From Selaginella moellendorffii (lineage: Eukaryota > Plantae > Lycopodiophyta), in contig NW_003314327.1 of NCBI RefSeq assembly GCF_000143415.4, forward strand, positions 149,116-213,115: DNA of 64,000 nucleotides, given 5' to 3'. The notes beneath the pieces are model-generated. The model searched no databases. It saw only the letters and a list, made by a program, of their open reading frames with translations, and was not told the origin of the DNA. This document shows, in pieces, positions 36,911 through 52,888 of the stretch; positions within the stretch are counted from its first letter, which is position 1, and the number at the start of each line of letters is the position of its first letter. The position numbers and the translations under genes are program-made.

Positions 36911-38498
36911 ATGGCCACCGATTCTTCCAGCTCCAGCTCGGGTTCTTCCGTCGTGGTAGTAGTTCCATTGCCGGCTCAGGGACACACTCCAGCGCTTATT
37001 CACCTCTCCAGGAAACTAGCCGCAGAAGGATTCTCCATCGTGATCGTCAACGTCGAGAGCGTCCACAGGAAGATCGCTGCGAGATGGAAATGCTCGCCGC
37101 AGCTCGACATCCGGCTCGAGTCCATTCCGTTCACATCGTCCATTCCGACCAGGCTCGACGCTCAAGCTTTGAGCCAACGACAAGAGCTGCAGAAGGCTTT
37201 GTTTGAGCTCCGAGTTCCCTTGGAAGAGCTGCTGGTGTCCAGACTTATAGGCGAGCAGGGGCTGGAGATCAAATGTATCATCTCCGACTTTCATGCGGTC
37301 TGGACGACTCCGGTGGCACAAAAGCTGGGAGTTCCTCAGGTGTGCTTCTGGTCTGGATCTGCAGCTTGGGCTTTGATCGATCGTCACGTACCACTGCTTG
37401 TTGACTTGGAATACATTCCAGTACCAGGTATGAGTTTTTCTTTTCTTACTCGCAGTAACCAATCTTTCGTAGAAGCAAGTTCATCGCCTTGTGTGGACGA
37501 CGATTCTACTACACAAGGTAAGAAACTAGAAACTTTTCTAGCCAGCGTTTTCTTACCAGATTTCTTTCAAAGGTTGCAGCTTGAGAGGTGAAAAGATGAT
37601 TTCTTTTATTCCGGGGATGGATCCCTTTCCAGCCTTGGATCTTCCATACTACCTTCAGGAATTCTCCAAAGTGCCAGTGTGGAGCCTGGTCGCAAAGTCT
37701 CAACGTTTCAACAACGACAAGTGGTTCATCGCCAACACTTTCGAGGCACTGGAGCCGAGAGAAACACAGGCCATGAAGCAGCTACTGGGAGAGCAAAACT
37801 TCCTGGCGATCGGGCCTCTCTTGCCGCTGGATCAAGAGGGGCTGGAACAGGTGGTGAGCCTGGAGGAGGAGGAGCTGGGCTGCCTCGAGTGGCTAGACTC
37901 CCGGCCGGAAGGATCGGTCCTCTACATCTCTTTTGGAAGCCTGGCGGTCCTCACGCAAGAGCAGTTCATGGAGCTGGCACTGGGAGTAGAGAGCAGCGGC
38001 ATTTCATTCCTCTGGGTGATCCGACCAGCGTTCTTACCGCAGGGAGATCTTCCGACCATGGAGTTTTTCCAGGGATTTAGGGACAGGATGGTGGCGGAGA
38101 AGAGGTCGATCATCGTCCCGTGGACGCCTCAGAAGAGGGTGCTCTCGCACGCGTCCATAGGAGCGTTCTTGACGCACTGCGGCTGGAACTCGATCGTGGA
38201 GAGCGTGTGGAGTGGAGTGCCGATGCTCGGGTGGCCCTGCCACTCGGATCAAAACTTGAATTTGCGGCTGCCAGTGGAAAGTAAAGGGATTGGAGCTCGC
38301 GTTGCTTGTAGCTCCAGGAGGATGGAGGTGGTGCACAGGGAGAGAGTGAGGGCGGTGGTGAGGAAGGCGATAGAGGATGGAGGAGAGATGAGAGGGGCTG
38401 TCCGTGAACTCCGGGATCTCGCGGTAGCGGCAGTGGTAGAGGGTGGAAGCTCGAATAGAGACATGGCCACCTTTGTCGAGAGATTGAGATCATTGTGA
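36911..38498 (+). CDS. Family-1 UDP-glycosyltransferase
   Basis: VPLPAQGH; CIISD; one intron (~37428-37577); PSPG box WTPQKRVLSHASIGAFLTHCGWNSIVESVWSGVPMLGWPCHSDQ; GGSS. Confidence 0.95.
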
Positions 38499-38871
38499 TA
38501 GTATACAAAGTTGTTCCTTTTTTCCTTGGATCAAACAAATACAATTTTTCTAGGTTCAAATCATTGTGATAGTTTCATTGTCTCGTAAAAAGTATACAAA
38601 GGTCCTCCTTTTTGAAAGAACTATAATCTAGTGGCACGAAAAATCGTGTATTCATCTTCGTCTTGGTCGTGGCTCGCAACACACTAAACACCAAAAAGCT
38701 TCATTCATCCCCCATGTCTCGTTCGTCAAGTACCAACGAAGCCGAAAATGGTTCTTTTTTGTGCTGGATGCTACAGGACGATGAGGACGATTGGCTGCAA
38801 GGAAGATCAAAATCCTCATAGCACCAAGGAAGAGAAAGAAAGAGCTTACCTCAAGCGCTTCTATCATCACC

Positions 38872-40334
38872 ATGTCGAGTGTTCTAGATGCAGTGCCTTG
38901 CAGGAAATCTCACGAGCACCAAGTCGAGATCTCCGACACGGAGTTTGAGGACTGCTGCAGCTCGTTGAATCTGGATCAAAGCTCGCCGCTCCACTGGACA
39001 CAGATCACAGAAAGTCCTGAGCATTATGGTGTTATCTCAACACAGGAGATGATCCTTACCAAGAAAGTCCGCAAGCAGTTCTACCATGGTGGCGATGATA
39101 ATCAAGGAGCTTTACGTTCTTTCTCCGCCATGCCTGTGCCTGTGGAAGGGAATCAATCACTCCCAGCCAAAGAAGACGAAGATGAAGAGCGCTTACCTTG
39201 TGCCTTTCCACCGTTCTCGTTCAAAGACAGCACAACTTTTGCTGGCTTTGTGAGGAGTCTAACTGTTCCAGGTAAGCTCCGTCTCCCGACAAATCATCCA
39301 GTGCTAGATCCACTTTGCCTTTCTCGCCAGACGACGGGATCCATGATCACCAAGACGAAGAACTGGAAGGAGCTGACGATTTATCGCCAACCACGGTTCT
39401 CGAGACAGCAGCAAGTTCTTCCTCCGCATCCACACCATCTGCGTCTAAAGCTACAGATTTCAACGAACTCGCTCCATTTCCAGCGTCGTTCCCTTCTGCT
39501 ATGACGTCCATGGATGCTCTCCTCACTGCCAGCAACGAATTCAGCTTTTCAATGTCGCAAGCAGTCCCTGCCTCACCTCCAGAGAAGACTCTCTACGATC
39601 TTCTGGAGCTGAAGTTTGATGGTTTCGGTTGCGAGCACCAATTGCCCGGTCGGCTTGACGTCCATGACAATCGCGACGAAAAGCTGCAGTCGAGAGGTTT
39701 CCAGAGGTTGAGCAATAGCCTGGCCAAGAGCTTTTCTTATGCGCCTCATTTGTTCCTGCCGCAAAATACCACCCAGCATGTTAGAAGCCAGTCCCTGGCA
39801 TACACCAGCAAACCTGAGAAGCAGTTCAACTTCGGTGGCTTCTTTAGCAGCTCCAACAACGAGATTTCCAGCAGAAGCAGCAGCAAAAATAGTCGCACCA
39901 GCAGCGAGTTCAGTATAGAACTGGGAAACAGGTCCGGCAGATACCTCGACTTGGACTTCACGAAGGACGCTGAAGAGCAACAGGATCCCCAAGACTCTAA
40001 CTTTCAATCTGATGCCAGGAGCAACGTGGAGGAGGTCGTCTGCAACAAGGATGACTCCAAGTTCACGTCTTCACCTGTATCGTCCGCATTCTTGTTTGTT
40101 AAGTCTGACACCAGTTGCTCTGACGACTATATCAACTTCCAGCCTAAACCATCTCCCACCAGCCACGGAGAGGAGAGTAACGTCGTGCAAAGATTTTTTC
40201 GAAGCGGAAGCCAGTGCCGGGAAATCTCAGATAGCGGAAAGCCGAAGGTAAGTTCTGTTCGCTGTTGCTTGCTGGATCTCTTAGAATTGTGGTTCTCGCA
40301 GGGAAGTTGGTTCATCTGCTGCTGGAGAAGTTGA
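38872..40334 (+). CDS. Hypothetical Ser/acid-rich, probably disordered protein
   Basis: ORFs 38791-39504 and 39315-40334 join in frame through a GT-AG intron at 39272-39330; probable second intron ~40247-40300; ends GSWFICCWRS*. No family recognised. Confidence 0.6.
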
Positions 40335-40367
40335 AGAACCTATCACAGGTTTCTGACTATTCCCCCC

Positions 40368-43408
<3,041 letters not shown>

Positions 43409-44781
43409 GAACAGGAGAAACGCTCAAATAAACAACGAGGAGGAGACTCCAAAAAGAAGCACGAATTCCATGAGACCATCCGAGGATAAAGACGCCACTG
43501 ACAGTTAGGGCTAGGACGGGAGCCCCTGGAAAAATCACACCGGATGGGTCCATACGAGCAATCATTCCTAGTGCGCGCGATGATGCATCCGCGAAAAGAG
43601 GATCTCACCTTTGGCGCCAAGGCGAGTAAGAACCCTAAATAAACCACATTTTAGGGTTCTTGGCAACTTGGGCAATTTGGCACGGCGTCGCCGCTGCTGG
43701 ATCATCTCCCGCTGATGATAGGACGATGCGAGGAGAGCTCCCGCGACGCCGATCTCAGCGGTATGTGAGCTGCATTGCCGTGATTCCTTTCCCCTGGTTG
43801 AAAAACCGCTGGAAATTCTAGCTCGCCCTGAAAAGAGCTGTGTTCGTCTTTTCTTTCCAGGGATTGGCTTTGACTGAGAGCAAGTTGCGCTACGGTTTCT
43901 CCTTCTGGTGTCGACACTTTTGATTCGCCCGAGAAAGAAGAAAAATGGCACTGCGCTGTGGCGATAGAAACAACACAACACGTATCTCTGGTTCTGTGCT
44001 TCATGCAGACCAACGTACGCTAACTTTGATTTCTTTCTTCTTTTTGGCGAGCGAGGGTGGACGACACTTACACCACACATGTGCCTGCGCTGATTATGAT
44101 ACTCTTTCGCTGGAGCTGGGCGATTCTTCCGGTTTGATCTTGCTTCTTTTCCTTCGTCCGTTTAGTTCTTTGCCTAACGCTCTTGTTTATAAGGAGAAAA
44201 CATCTCTCGAGCTACACTCACGCACTAGAGAACTGGAAGATCATATTAAAATCAGGTTTGTTCCTCTGCTTCTTTTTTTCTTCTTTGGATGTGATTTCAT
44301 CTTTGTTTTCTTCCAGATCCTACGTGTTGAGCTGAGGCCGGCTACACCTGGTACTTCCCTTATCTTGCTGGAGGGGTGGGGATCTCTGTTGTTGTTGTTT
44401 TAGATGACGACAAGCAATCAGGAGAAAGCATAAAGAAGGCGCAAGTAGCCGTTGTTTGAAGCCGATTGCTGTAGCAGTCGCTGTAAGAGGTCTCTTTCCC
44501 TCACAGTGGTAAGTGGCTCGCCAGTGTAAGTTCCTCCAGAGCTTTCCGATTTCCCGTTGTCTGTTTTAGCTTTGCTTGCGAGCGTCTGCTTACGTTTTCT
44601 CGCCCGAGATCCCCGTTCGCAAGGTCCTTTCCTCATTCTATCTCGTGCAAATATCATATATAAAGCAGCGGCTTGTTTGGGTCCACTGCCTCTTACTTCT
44701 TGTTGTTCATATCGATTGATCGATCTTCTTCTGTCATTTCAAGTTCCCCTGGTACCACCAAAGGGAAAGGAGTGGCGAGCA

Positions 44782-45405
44782 ATGCCTGAGGTACATGAAT
44801 CTTGTCGACTTATATTCACAGCTCTCCATTCTGATCCTCGGCATTTTATCCACAGCCACAGACAGTCGTTATCAAGGTCCGTATGCACTGCGAAGGATGC
44901 CGTAAGAAGGTGAAGAAGGCGCTCTCAAAAATCCCTGGTAAGTTTCTTCTTTCTTTTTCCCTCCTCCTGGTTTTTCTTCCTCACGGTTTGGAGCCCTTTT
45001 TCAGGCATTCAAGAGCTCAAGGTGGACCTTAAGGAACAGAAGGTGACAATCAAAGGCGACGTGGATATCAAAAAAGTGCTGCTCAAGCTAGCAAGAACCG
45101 GGAAAATGAACGAGGTGCTACAACCGGCCAGCGCTCCAGCCGAACCAAACAAGCCAAAAGAATCATCGCCGCCAGCGGCAGCAGCAGCCGCGGGAGAAAC
45201 AGCAGCACAAACTCCAGCTCCAGCTCCAGCTCCAGCTCCAGCTCCATCTCCAGCTCGATCGAACTCAGCTCCAACTTCGCTGGCCACTTCCGAGGCCGCG
45301 ACCAAAGAGGCTATCCTGAGGGACATCCAGATGAAGCCGTTGGTGTGGATCGACGCTCCAGACTTTCTGAGCGACGAGAACCCGAACGCGTGCTCGGTGA
45401 TGTGA
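44782..45405 (+). CDS. Heavy-metal-associated isoprenylated plant protein (HIPP)
   Basis: MPE / TVVIKVRMHCEGCRKKVKKAL / VDLKEQKVTIKG; (PA)n linker; C-terminal FLSDENPNACSVM with CaaX. Confidence 0.92.
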
Positions 45406-47815
45406 GGTAATAGCTAGCGGACAGGGGAGTTTTCTTTTTGTTTTGTTTGTATGTTCCTGCTCTTTAAATGACAATCGTGTTTGTGTGATAGTATCATCAC
45501 AGATCACCATTGGCTTGCCTCACTGGTTCACAGCAAAGAAAAACTCGTAGTTTCCCCCTTATAGTCTTACAACTTTTTTTTGCTGGTCATGAAAATCCAC
45601 AAGTTGAATCCAAATGCAACAAACTATTAAATAAAGATGTGTGTGACATTGCCAAATATAGGAGGGTGCTCTTTGTTCTCTATTTTGGAACCCTACAAAA
45701 GATGTGTATACTTAATCTTGAACGTTGACTCTTGCTCTCCAAAAAAGTTTGACCTTTGACCAGTTGCTCTTACAATGTTCTTCCTGGCCAAAGCCCATAA
45801 TTTGAGAGGAGCATTTGCCTCACCTCATATGACAAACTATTAAAAATATATATGTACGTTCTTGCAAGATACAAATCCTCTATTCTGGTGTACCTGATGC
45901 TAGAATCCAAACGTTTGACTTTTGGTTGACTCTTCCTTCCTAACAAAATCCATGCCAAAACCAAGTTTTGACCTTTGATCGGTTGACCCTACTGGAGCTG
46001 CTCTGCTGGTGCTGTGCTCTTGTTCTTGCTGGTGTTAGAAAGCGAGCAGACAAGACATGGCAGGTTGTGTTGTGGGGACGATATGGAGCAAAATTGGCTT
46101 GTATTGTTGACATTCAATGGAAGAAAAGCAGGAGATAGGAGGCCCTACACGTTTTCTCCCACATATATTTTGGGTCCACATTCCTGAAGAGTCCACTTCT
46201 GGACATTCGAGTCCAAGTCCAGTCCATGCTTGAGTGGATTATCAACAAAAGCAGAAGTAGCAGCAGCTGTGCTTGCGGCAGCAGATTCAGTAGCTCACAG
46301 GCAGATTTTTTCTGTTTCTAGGCAGCAATATAGATATCATCTCAATCCTCTACGTGTGGATGGGGCGTGTACCTGCATGGGAGATGAGAGAGATAGAGCA
46401 GCCTTTAGAAGCCCAGCAAGGCATTCGTGAGGCAAATGCAAACGCCATTCCGCCTTCACGTGTGCTTGCTTGTTTGTGAGGTTGCGAGATGATCCCATTT
46501 TAAAGCTGCCTGTCGAGCCGAATCCAGGCACAACCCACCACCTTTTCTTTCATGCACATGTAATTAAAAAAAAATGCGCAGGAATCTGAATCGACGCAAC
46601 TCAACAAACCAGGCCGACTTCGAGCCACAAGCTCGGCTTAAACCAGTTATAAAGGGGCAAAATCTTGTCTTCTTTGTTTTTTGTTTGCGCGCATGCTCGG
46701 GTTGATGCAAATTGAAGTATGCAGCTGCTTTTTGGAGCGATAGCAAGCTAACAGTTTTAATTCCTCTCGCTTCAGAACTGCTTTCCCGTTCCGAAGTTGG
46801 CTGCACGCTCGCAACAACATTTGAATAAGGAAAGGGAGAATGCGATAACTATTTGAGATAGATGAATCCTGATCCATCCAAATCTAACATGAACACGTGA
46901 ACACCAACCGAGCCGGTCCGGCTGGTGGGGCTCGTCTCATCAAAGTGAGATAGATGCCCCTGCAAAAACAAAAACAAAAAAATAGGAAAAAAAGGAGTAC
47001 GCCTGAAAAACCTACAGGATTGACATGAAGTTGAATCAGAATTCATCCCCATCGCTCCCCCCCCCCCCCCTGCTCCTGCTTCTGCACTTTGAAGGTGGTG
47101 GTGTCCACTTCTACTTCATTCCCCCGTCTGCCGTTGCTGCAGTTGATTTTTTTTCTTTTTCATCTTTGTTTGCCGTCATCTGATTTCAAAAAAAATGTTT
47201 TACTTTCTACAGTGTTAGATTCTTGTAACCCAATTTTTAGTTGTAATCTTTTTGTTCTTTGAGATGAGGGCCTTTGATGGAATGGTGCAGAGCTATAGCA
47301 GCCGCAGCAGCTGCATCTGCATCTTGCACCTGCACCTGCACCTGCACCTGCATGCAGCTCCTCAACCTGTCATGGCCTCGTGAAAGACTATCCCTGGCCT
47401 TGTTTTTTGCCAGGAACTCAAGTTAGACGTAGATATCTCACACATGTAGATCTGCAAGGCAAACCCCGCCCCCCTTCCTTGACATCAGTCCAGGCTTTGT
47501 TTCTAGTGCATTTTGAGGATCTTTCTTGGGTATTTATAATGCATGCAAGCTTCGGCTTCTTTGTGTTCCGGAATTATTCCCGGGAGACTTTGTTTATATA
47601 TATGTGGTTCAGAGAGCTGGAAGAGCTTCTGTAACTCTGGCTCGGCTTTGCAGCTGCACTCTCTCCTACAAGAAACAACAAAACTCCAGTTATTATAAAC
47701 ACTTGGCAAGTTGCAGAGGTGAAGTTAGAGAAGGGGGTGTAAGACCAACCGCCGCTATAGCAGAGGCGGGCAGTGGCATGGCATGGCCCTGTTGTTAAGA
47801 AGTCATTCACGTAGG

Positions 47816-47851
47816 GGAGAGAGAGAGAGAGCGAGAGAGAGAGAGAGAGAG
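47816..47851. repeat. (GA)n microsatellite
   Basis: Interrupted GA run seen directly. Confidence 0.9.
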
Positions 47852-48565
47852 CTTTTTTTCTTGGTTTGGATATGAAATGTTAAACTTTGTAAAGTCGGTG
47901 GCCTACAAAAAAAACAAAAAAGAAACAGAACAAGAGAAAGAGACTTCTAGCTCTCCTGCCAGATTCTTCCTTGGATAGCTGGGACTTGAAGAACACTAGA
48001 CAAATAACCTTTAAGCCGGCCCTCACTCTCTCCCGCTTCATCGCTGATTAGTTACTTAAGCCAGCGTACTTAGCCCAGTCGGATTGACAAGTTTATACAA
48101 AACGAAGCGACAAAGGACAGACAACTGGATACATTAAGATTAGAATAAATTATAGGCGAGAAGCGAAGTACATAGCTGGGAAGGAACAACAAGCAACTGA
48201 AAGAACTAACAACAACAAGCACAAATCCAAAGCACAACAAGAAAAAAAAAGAAAAAAAAAAAAGAAAAATTCCGAAAGTCGCAGGAGTTCAGCCTCTCTT
48301 CTCACTCTTCTTCCTTTGTTTGGTTTTAGTGTTGTGTCTGTGTGTGATGATCCTGTGTGATGATCCTACTCTGCAAAATTGGCCTCAGGGTTTCCGTTTC
48401 CTCGGGTCCTGCTGCTGCTGCCCCTGAATCTCTCGCTTTGTGCCTCTTCGAAAGATCTCAGAACCCGAAAGCCAGACTGGAATGTCAAACTCGGAGACGA
48501 AAGCGCAGCCCGTAGCAGAGAACTGAAGAAGAGCCCGTAAAAACTTGAAAGAAAAACTCTTACTT

Positions 48566-48660
48566 GGTAGCAGTAGTAGTGATAGTAGCGGTAGTGGTAG
48601 TAGTAGAGCGGTAAAGTAGTAGTGGTAGTAGTGGTAGCGATAAGAGTAGTAGTCATAGTT
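48566..48660. repeat. Degenerate (GTA/GTG)n trinucleotide tract in the CYP78A 3' UTR
   Basis: ggtagcagtagtagtgatagtagcggtagtggtagtagtag... seen directly. Confidence 0.8.
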
Positions 48661-48677
48661 GCCAAAGTTACCACCAC

Positions 48678-51163
48678 TTAGTGAGTAGCAGCAGGCCTCC
48701 TCGAAACTGGCCTGGCTTTCAGAGGATTGACCATCTCGCATGAGAGCTTGAGCACCTCCGACAGGTCCACGGGGCTGTCCTCGCAAGGCATCCACGAGAA
48801 CTCCTGGACAAGCCTGGCGATCCACAGCTTCACGGTCGCGAGTCCCAGTGCCCGGCCGGGACATACCCGCCGCCCGGCTCCAAACGGCGCCAGCCTCAAG
48901 TCGATGCCCCGGACGTCGAAGCTCTTGTTCTCCACGAACCGCTCCGGGTCGAAAGCCTCCGGGTTGGGCCAGATGCTGGGGTCGTGCGTGATCGCCCACA
49001 TGTTGACCATGGCGCTGGTGCCCGCCGGGACGTGGTAGCCCGAGATCTCCACGTCATGCGTCGCCAGACGGGCCCAGGAGAGCAGCGGACCCGGCGGGTG
49101 GAGGCGGAGAGTCTCGTTGATCACGGCCTGGAGGTAAGGCATGCGCTCGGTGTCCGAGTCGCGGACCGGCTGGCCGGCCGGGCACACCGAGTCGATCTCC
49201 GACTGGAGCTTGCGCTGCACGTCCGGGTTGAGAACCAGCTCCGCCAGAGCCCACTCTGTGAGGATCGCAGTGGTGTCAGTGCCTCGGAAAATCATCTCCT
49301 GCGTACACAAACAAAAGAAGCTCCTGTCAGTCAGTGACTTGAATATAACTGCGTTGGGTGGCGATTGATGAAAACAAACAGCACTGGACAACAGCCGCTT
49401 AGTCAGTCAAGCAAAGCAGATTTGCTCACTAAACAATGTGCGTAAAAGACTACAGCCAGCAAGGACCGGCTCAAACACAAAACATGAAGCACACATGGAA
49501 TGCAAGCTTCAACAGTGCAGGCGAAGGCCAGGATGGAGAAAGAGAAAAAAAAAATCGGGAGAGAGCGAAGAAAAGCCTGAGTTTTGATGTAAGGAGAGGA
49601 CTGGTTGGTCAAAACAAAGTGGCTCCAAGGACGAAACGACAAACAAGCTTTGTACGCAGAAATTCATCGACCACCGTCCACACGCAGGACGAAGCCGAAT
49701 CGGTGCTGGCTGTTGAGAGCAAAGCCAACGCCCAATTTACAAGGCGAGATGGATGGCTATGGCCCCGCCCAGCGTGACCATTACGGCCCTTGGCTTCTTT
49801 AGAGCAAGCGAGCCACAAAGAAACGACCAGCAAACAGCGCCGTATACACACCCGCAAACAAAAGCGAACCGAAAGTAAAAAAAACGTTTAAAAAACACTC
49901 TGGGATGTCCTGGGTTGCGGTACATCAATTTGGTTCACCAGCTAAAGAGCGTTGCTCAACCCACAATCAAACAAAGGAAGTGAAACGAGAAAAAACTTTA
50001 AAGCCAAGCTCGGGAACGAGTAAGCACAGACGCATGAAGGAAAGAACGCGAAAGCCATGAAGACAAGCGAGAAAAGATCCAACAAATGCAATGCTAGAAA
50101 AAAAACCAGAGAAGAAGTTACGTACCCAGAGCACCGCGATCATGTCCGACTCCTCGAGCTTGTCCTCGCCTTGGAGCGAGAGCAAGACGTGGACGAAGTC
50201 CTCTCCACCTCCGGCAGCTTTGGAGCTGGAAGAATTCTCCTCCTCCGCCGCCGCCATCTCTGCCCGGCGCTCCTGGATAATCTTCCTTACAAAAGCGTTC
50301 ACGCGAGGAACCAGCTGCTGGCAGCGCTTCACCACGCCCTGGGGATCCCACTGCCTCAAGAATGGGAGATGGTCGGACCAATTGAAAGCGCCCAGAAGCT
50401 CAAACCCTTCGCGGACCATCGCCTGGACCTCCTCCTCACCATCGCCGATGCGTCGCCCAAACACCGACCTCATGACACTGTTGAGCGAGGCGCGCTGGAC
50501 GAATCCACGCACGGCGATACCGCCGCCATTGGAGCGGGCGGCGCTGCCGGAGATATCGGCCACCATGGCGGCGGTCTCGGCCTGGCGGAGCGGCTCCTGG
50601 GCGGCGATCCGGCGGGGGGAGAAGAGGCAGCCCGATGCAATTCGTCGCAGCCGGCGCCAGTAATCGCCGTAAGGAGCGAATCCCATGGCGCGCCCAAAGA
50701 GAAGCTCCTGCGCGGATTGCTTGAGCGGGCGGTCCGCGAAGCAGGGGCTGGCGAGGATCTGGCGCGCCACATCCGGCAAAGACGACACCACCATGCGCGT
50801 GGATCCAACGCTCACCGCCATAAGCCTCTCCGCCGAGTGTGATCGCGCCAGGGCCGCCAGGCGGCGGTGCGCCAGCGCTCCCATGTCGAGGAGGCTCCCC
50901 AGGACGGGGAATCCTCGCGGTCCCGGGATTGCAGCGGCGTTCTTCATCTTCTTGCTAAAGATCAGCGATCTTCCCCACGCCGGGCCGCCGGGGAAGCACC
51001 AGAAGAGGATTGCCGAGGCGGCAAAGACGCAAAGAAGCGCCAGCGCCAGAGGGATCCAGGACGGCGACGCCGCCGCCGACGATGAATCCAGCCACGGCTT
51101 GGCGATGAGCGGCAGCAAGTAGACCAGAGAGCTCCTCCCAGCGGCGCCGCTGCTGGAATCCAT
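48678..51163 (-). CDS. CYP78A: Cytochrome P450 CYP78A (KLUH-like)
   Basis: [50 protein letters not shown]|[30 protein letters not shown], heme [10 protein letters not shown]; single intron ~49299-50124. Confidence 0.96.
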
Positions 51164-52888
51164 AGCCACGGATCGTTTCTTGGACACTGGATCACGAGAC
51201 GAGAATATTTCGCCAATGCAACAGTAGCGCCGAGCGATCCACCAAGAACGCGCCAATTCGCGGGAGGCGAGCAATGCGCTAGAGTGAGGATCGAGATCGA
51301 GAGAGGGGATTGAGAGAAAGATCGAGAGGAGAGAAGATTTTTGCTTCGTCGCTCGCGCTTTGACGCTGGCCTTGGTCTTCTTCCTAGGCTTTGAGAGAAA
51401 ATGGGCCCGTGAAGGAACTATTTCTAGCCCCCTACTAAGTAAATCCCGCGCGTTCCCACTCACACGCTGTTTAGTTTGGCAAGCCCGCCAAATTCTTCGC
51501 GCTTATTCTGGAAATATTCTTCAACAATTCCACGGAGAATCTGACGGTCGTGACGGGCCCGAGAATGACATGTCAGCATACCGCCCGTCCTGTAGAACCC
51601 TACCTATATTTACTATAACGGCGCCGGCGCTGCAATCACTCCGTACGGCCTCGATTTGTGGCCATATGGCCAGCCGCCGCGCCGCGCACGTATAATTTTC
51701 CCAGGCGAGTGTGGGGATTCTACCGCATGGGAGAAAGTAACTATGACATTTCCCGTGGGGAATTTGTGCTACGTGGCGGGAGGAGATGAGAGCCTGAAAG
51801 CGATGTTAAAGTAGTGTGGCCTATTTATTAGGGCATGGGCCGCCACCTTTGTTGCTTACACGAGGATGCATGCATGCATGAGTGTGGCAGACATCGGTTT
51901 CGAATGTATAACCTCCTCCGCCAACCTTTTCTTGCTGCGCGTGTCGACAGGGCTGTGTAACAATACTTCGGGTTCGGATTAGGGCTGCCGCCGCAAAGGC
52001 GTCAATGGGAGGACACCAAGTAGAGCGCCACAGAAAGCAACACGAGCGCACAAGGCTCAAAGGAATCTACCGCTCCAGGTGCACAGCCACCCACGGAATC
52101 TTCCAGAGTTACCTCTTTTACTTTTCCAGAGTTACGCCTTTTTTTAACCTTGTCGTGAAGTCTCGAAAGGAAAATGCATGAATTTCTGGACCGCCAGCTT
52201 ACCATGGCCTGGCCGCAATCAAAAGCAAAAGATTGGCGGTAAAATCAACACCATACTAAACAAAGAGAGGAAACCAGGGTAAAAAGTTGGCGGGGAGAAA
52301 GATTCTCGAGAATCTTTGTCGTTGGGTCTGTGGATGTCAACGTTGATCTTGACGGGCCAATGCGATTGCTTTGCGTCGGATCGAAGGAAACGAGCGCTTT
52401 CATCCTCCAAATCCTCGAAAATCCACTCCGGCCCGACAGGTTACATTGCACCGTAGCGCGAGCTTCCTGGAATTCCTTCGTTTTTAGTAGTATAGAGAAA
52501 AGAACACAATGGAAAGTTGAGGAGACCCTCGGCCCCCAAGGAAGGAAGAAAGAAGGAACAGCTTTCACAACATTCTCAAAAAGCTGGAGGGAAGAGTGAG
52601 AGTACCTTAAGAGCTGTGCGTCCCCTAGAAGTTGACACGGTTCCCTCATCTACAAGCCTCCATGGCCCCTCCTGGATGGGAATGCTTCACCAATTTCGCA
52701 GCGTTTCAAGTCTTCCTGGATTTCAAAGAGAAAAAATCCAAAGAAAATTAGTATACATCGTCATGTGATGCAGCACCAGCGATATAAAACCAAAGAGTCA
52801 AACAAATCCAACCTGCTTTTTGTGTCACTCCAGCGGAAGTCACCGACAAGGAGAAGCTTCTCGCTGTTGAATCGAAGTTGGCTTCGAT

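Noticed and set aside
46300-47800. miRNA precursor or DVL/CLE-type small peptide gene
   Set aside because: No conserved mature miRNA, long clean hairpin or peptide motif recognised by eye.
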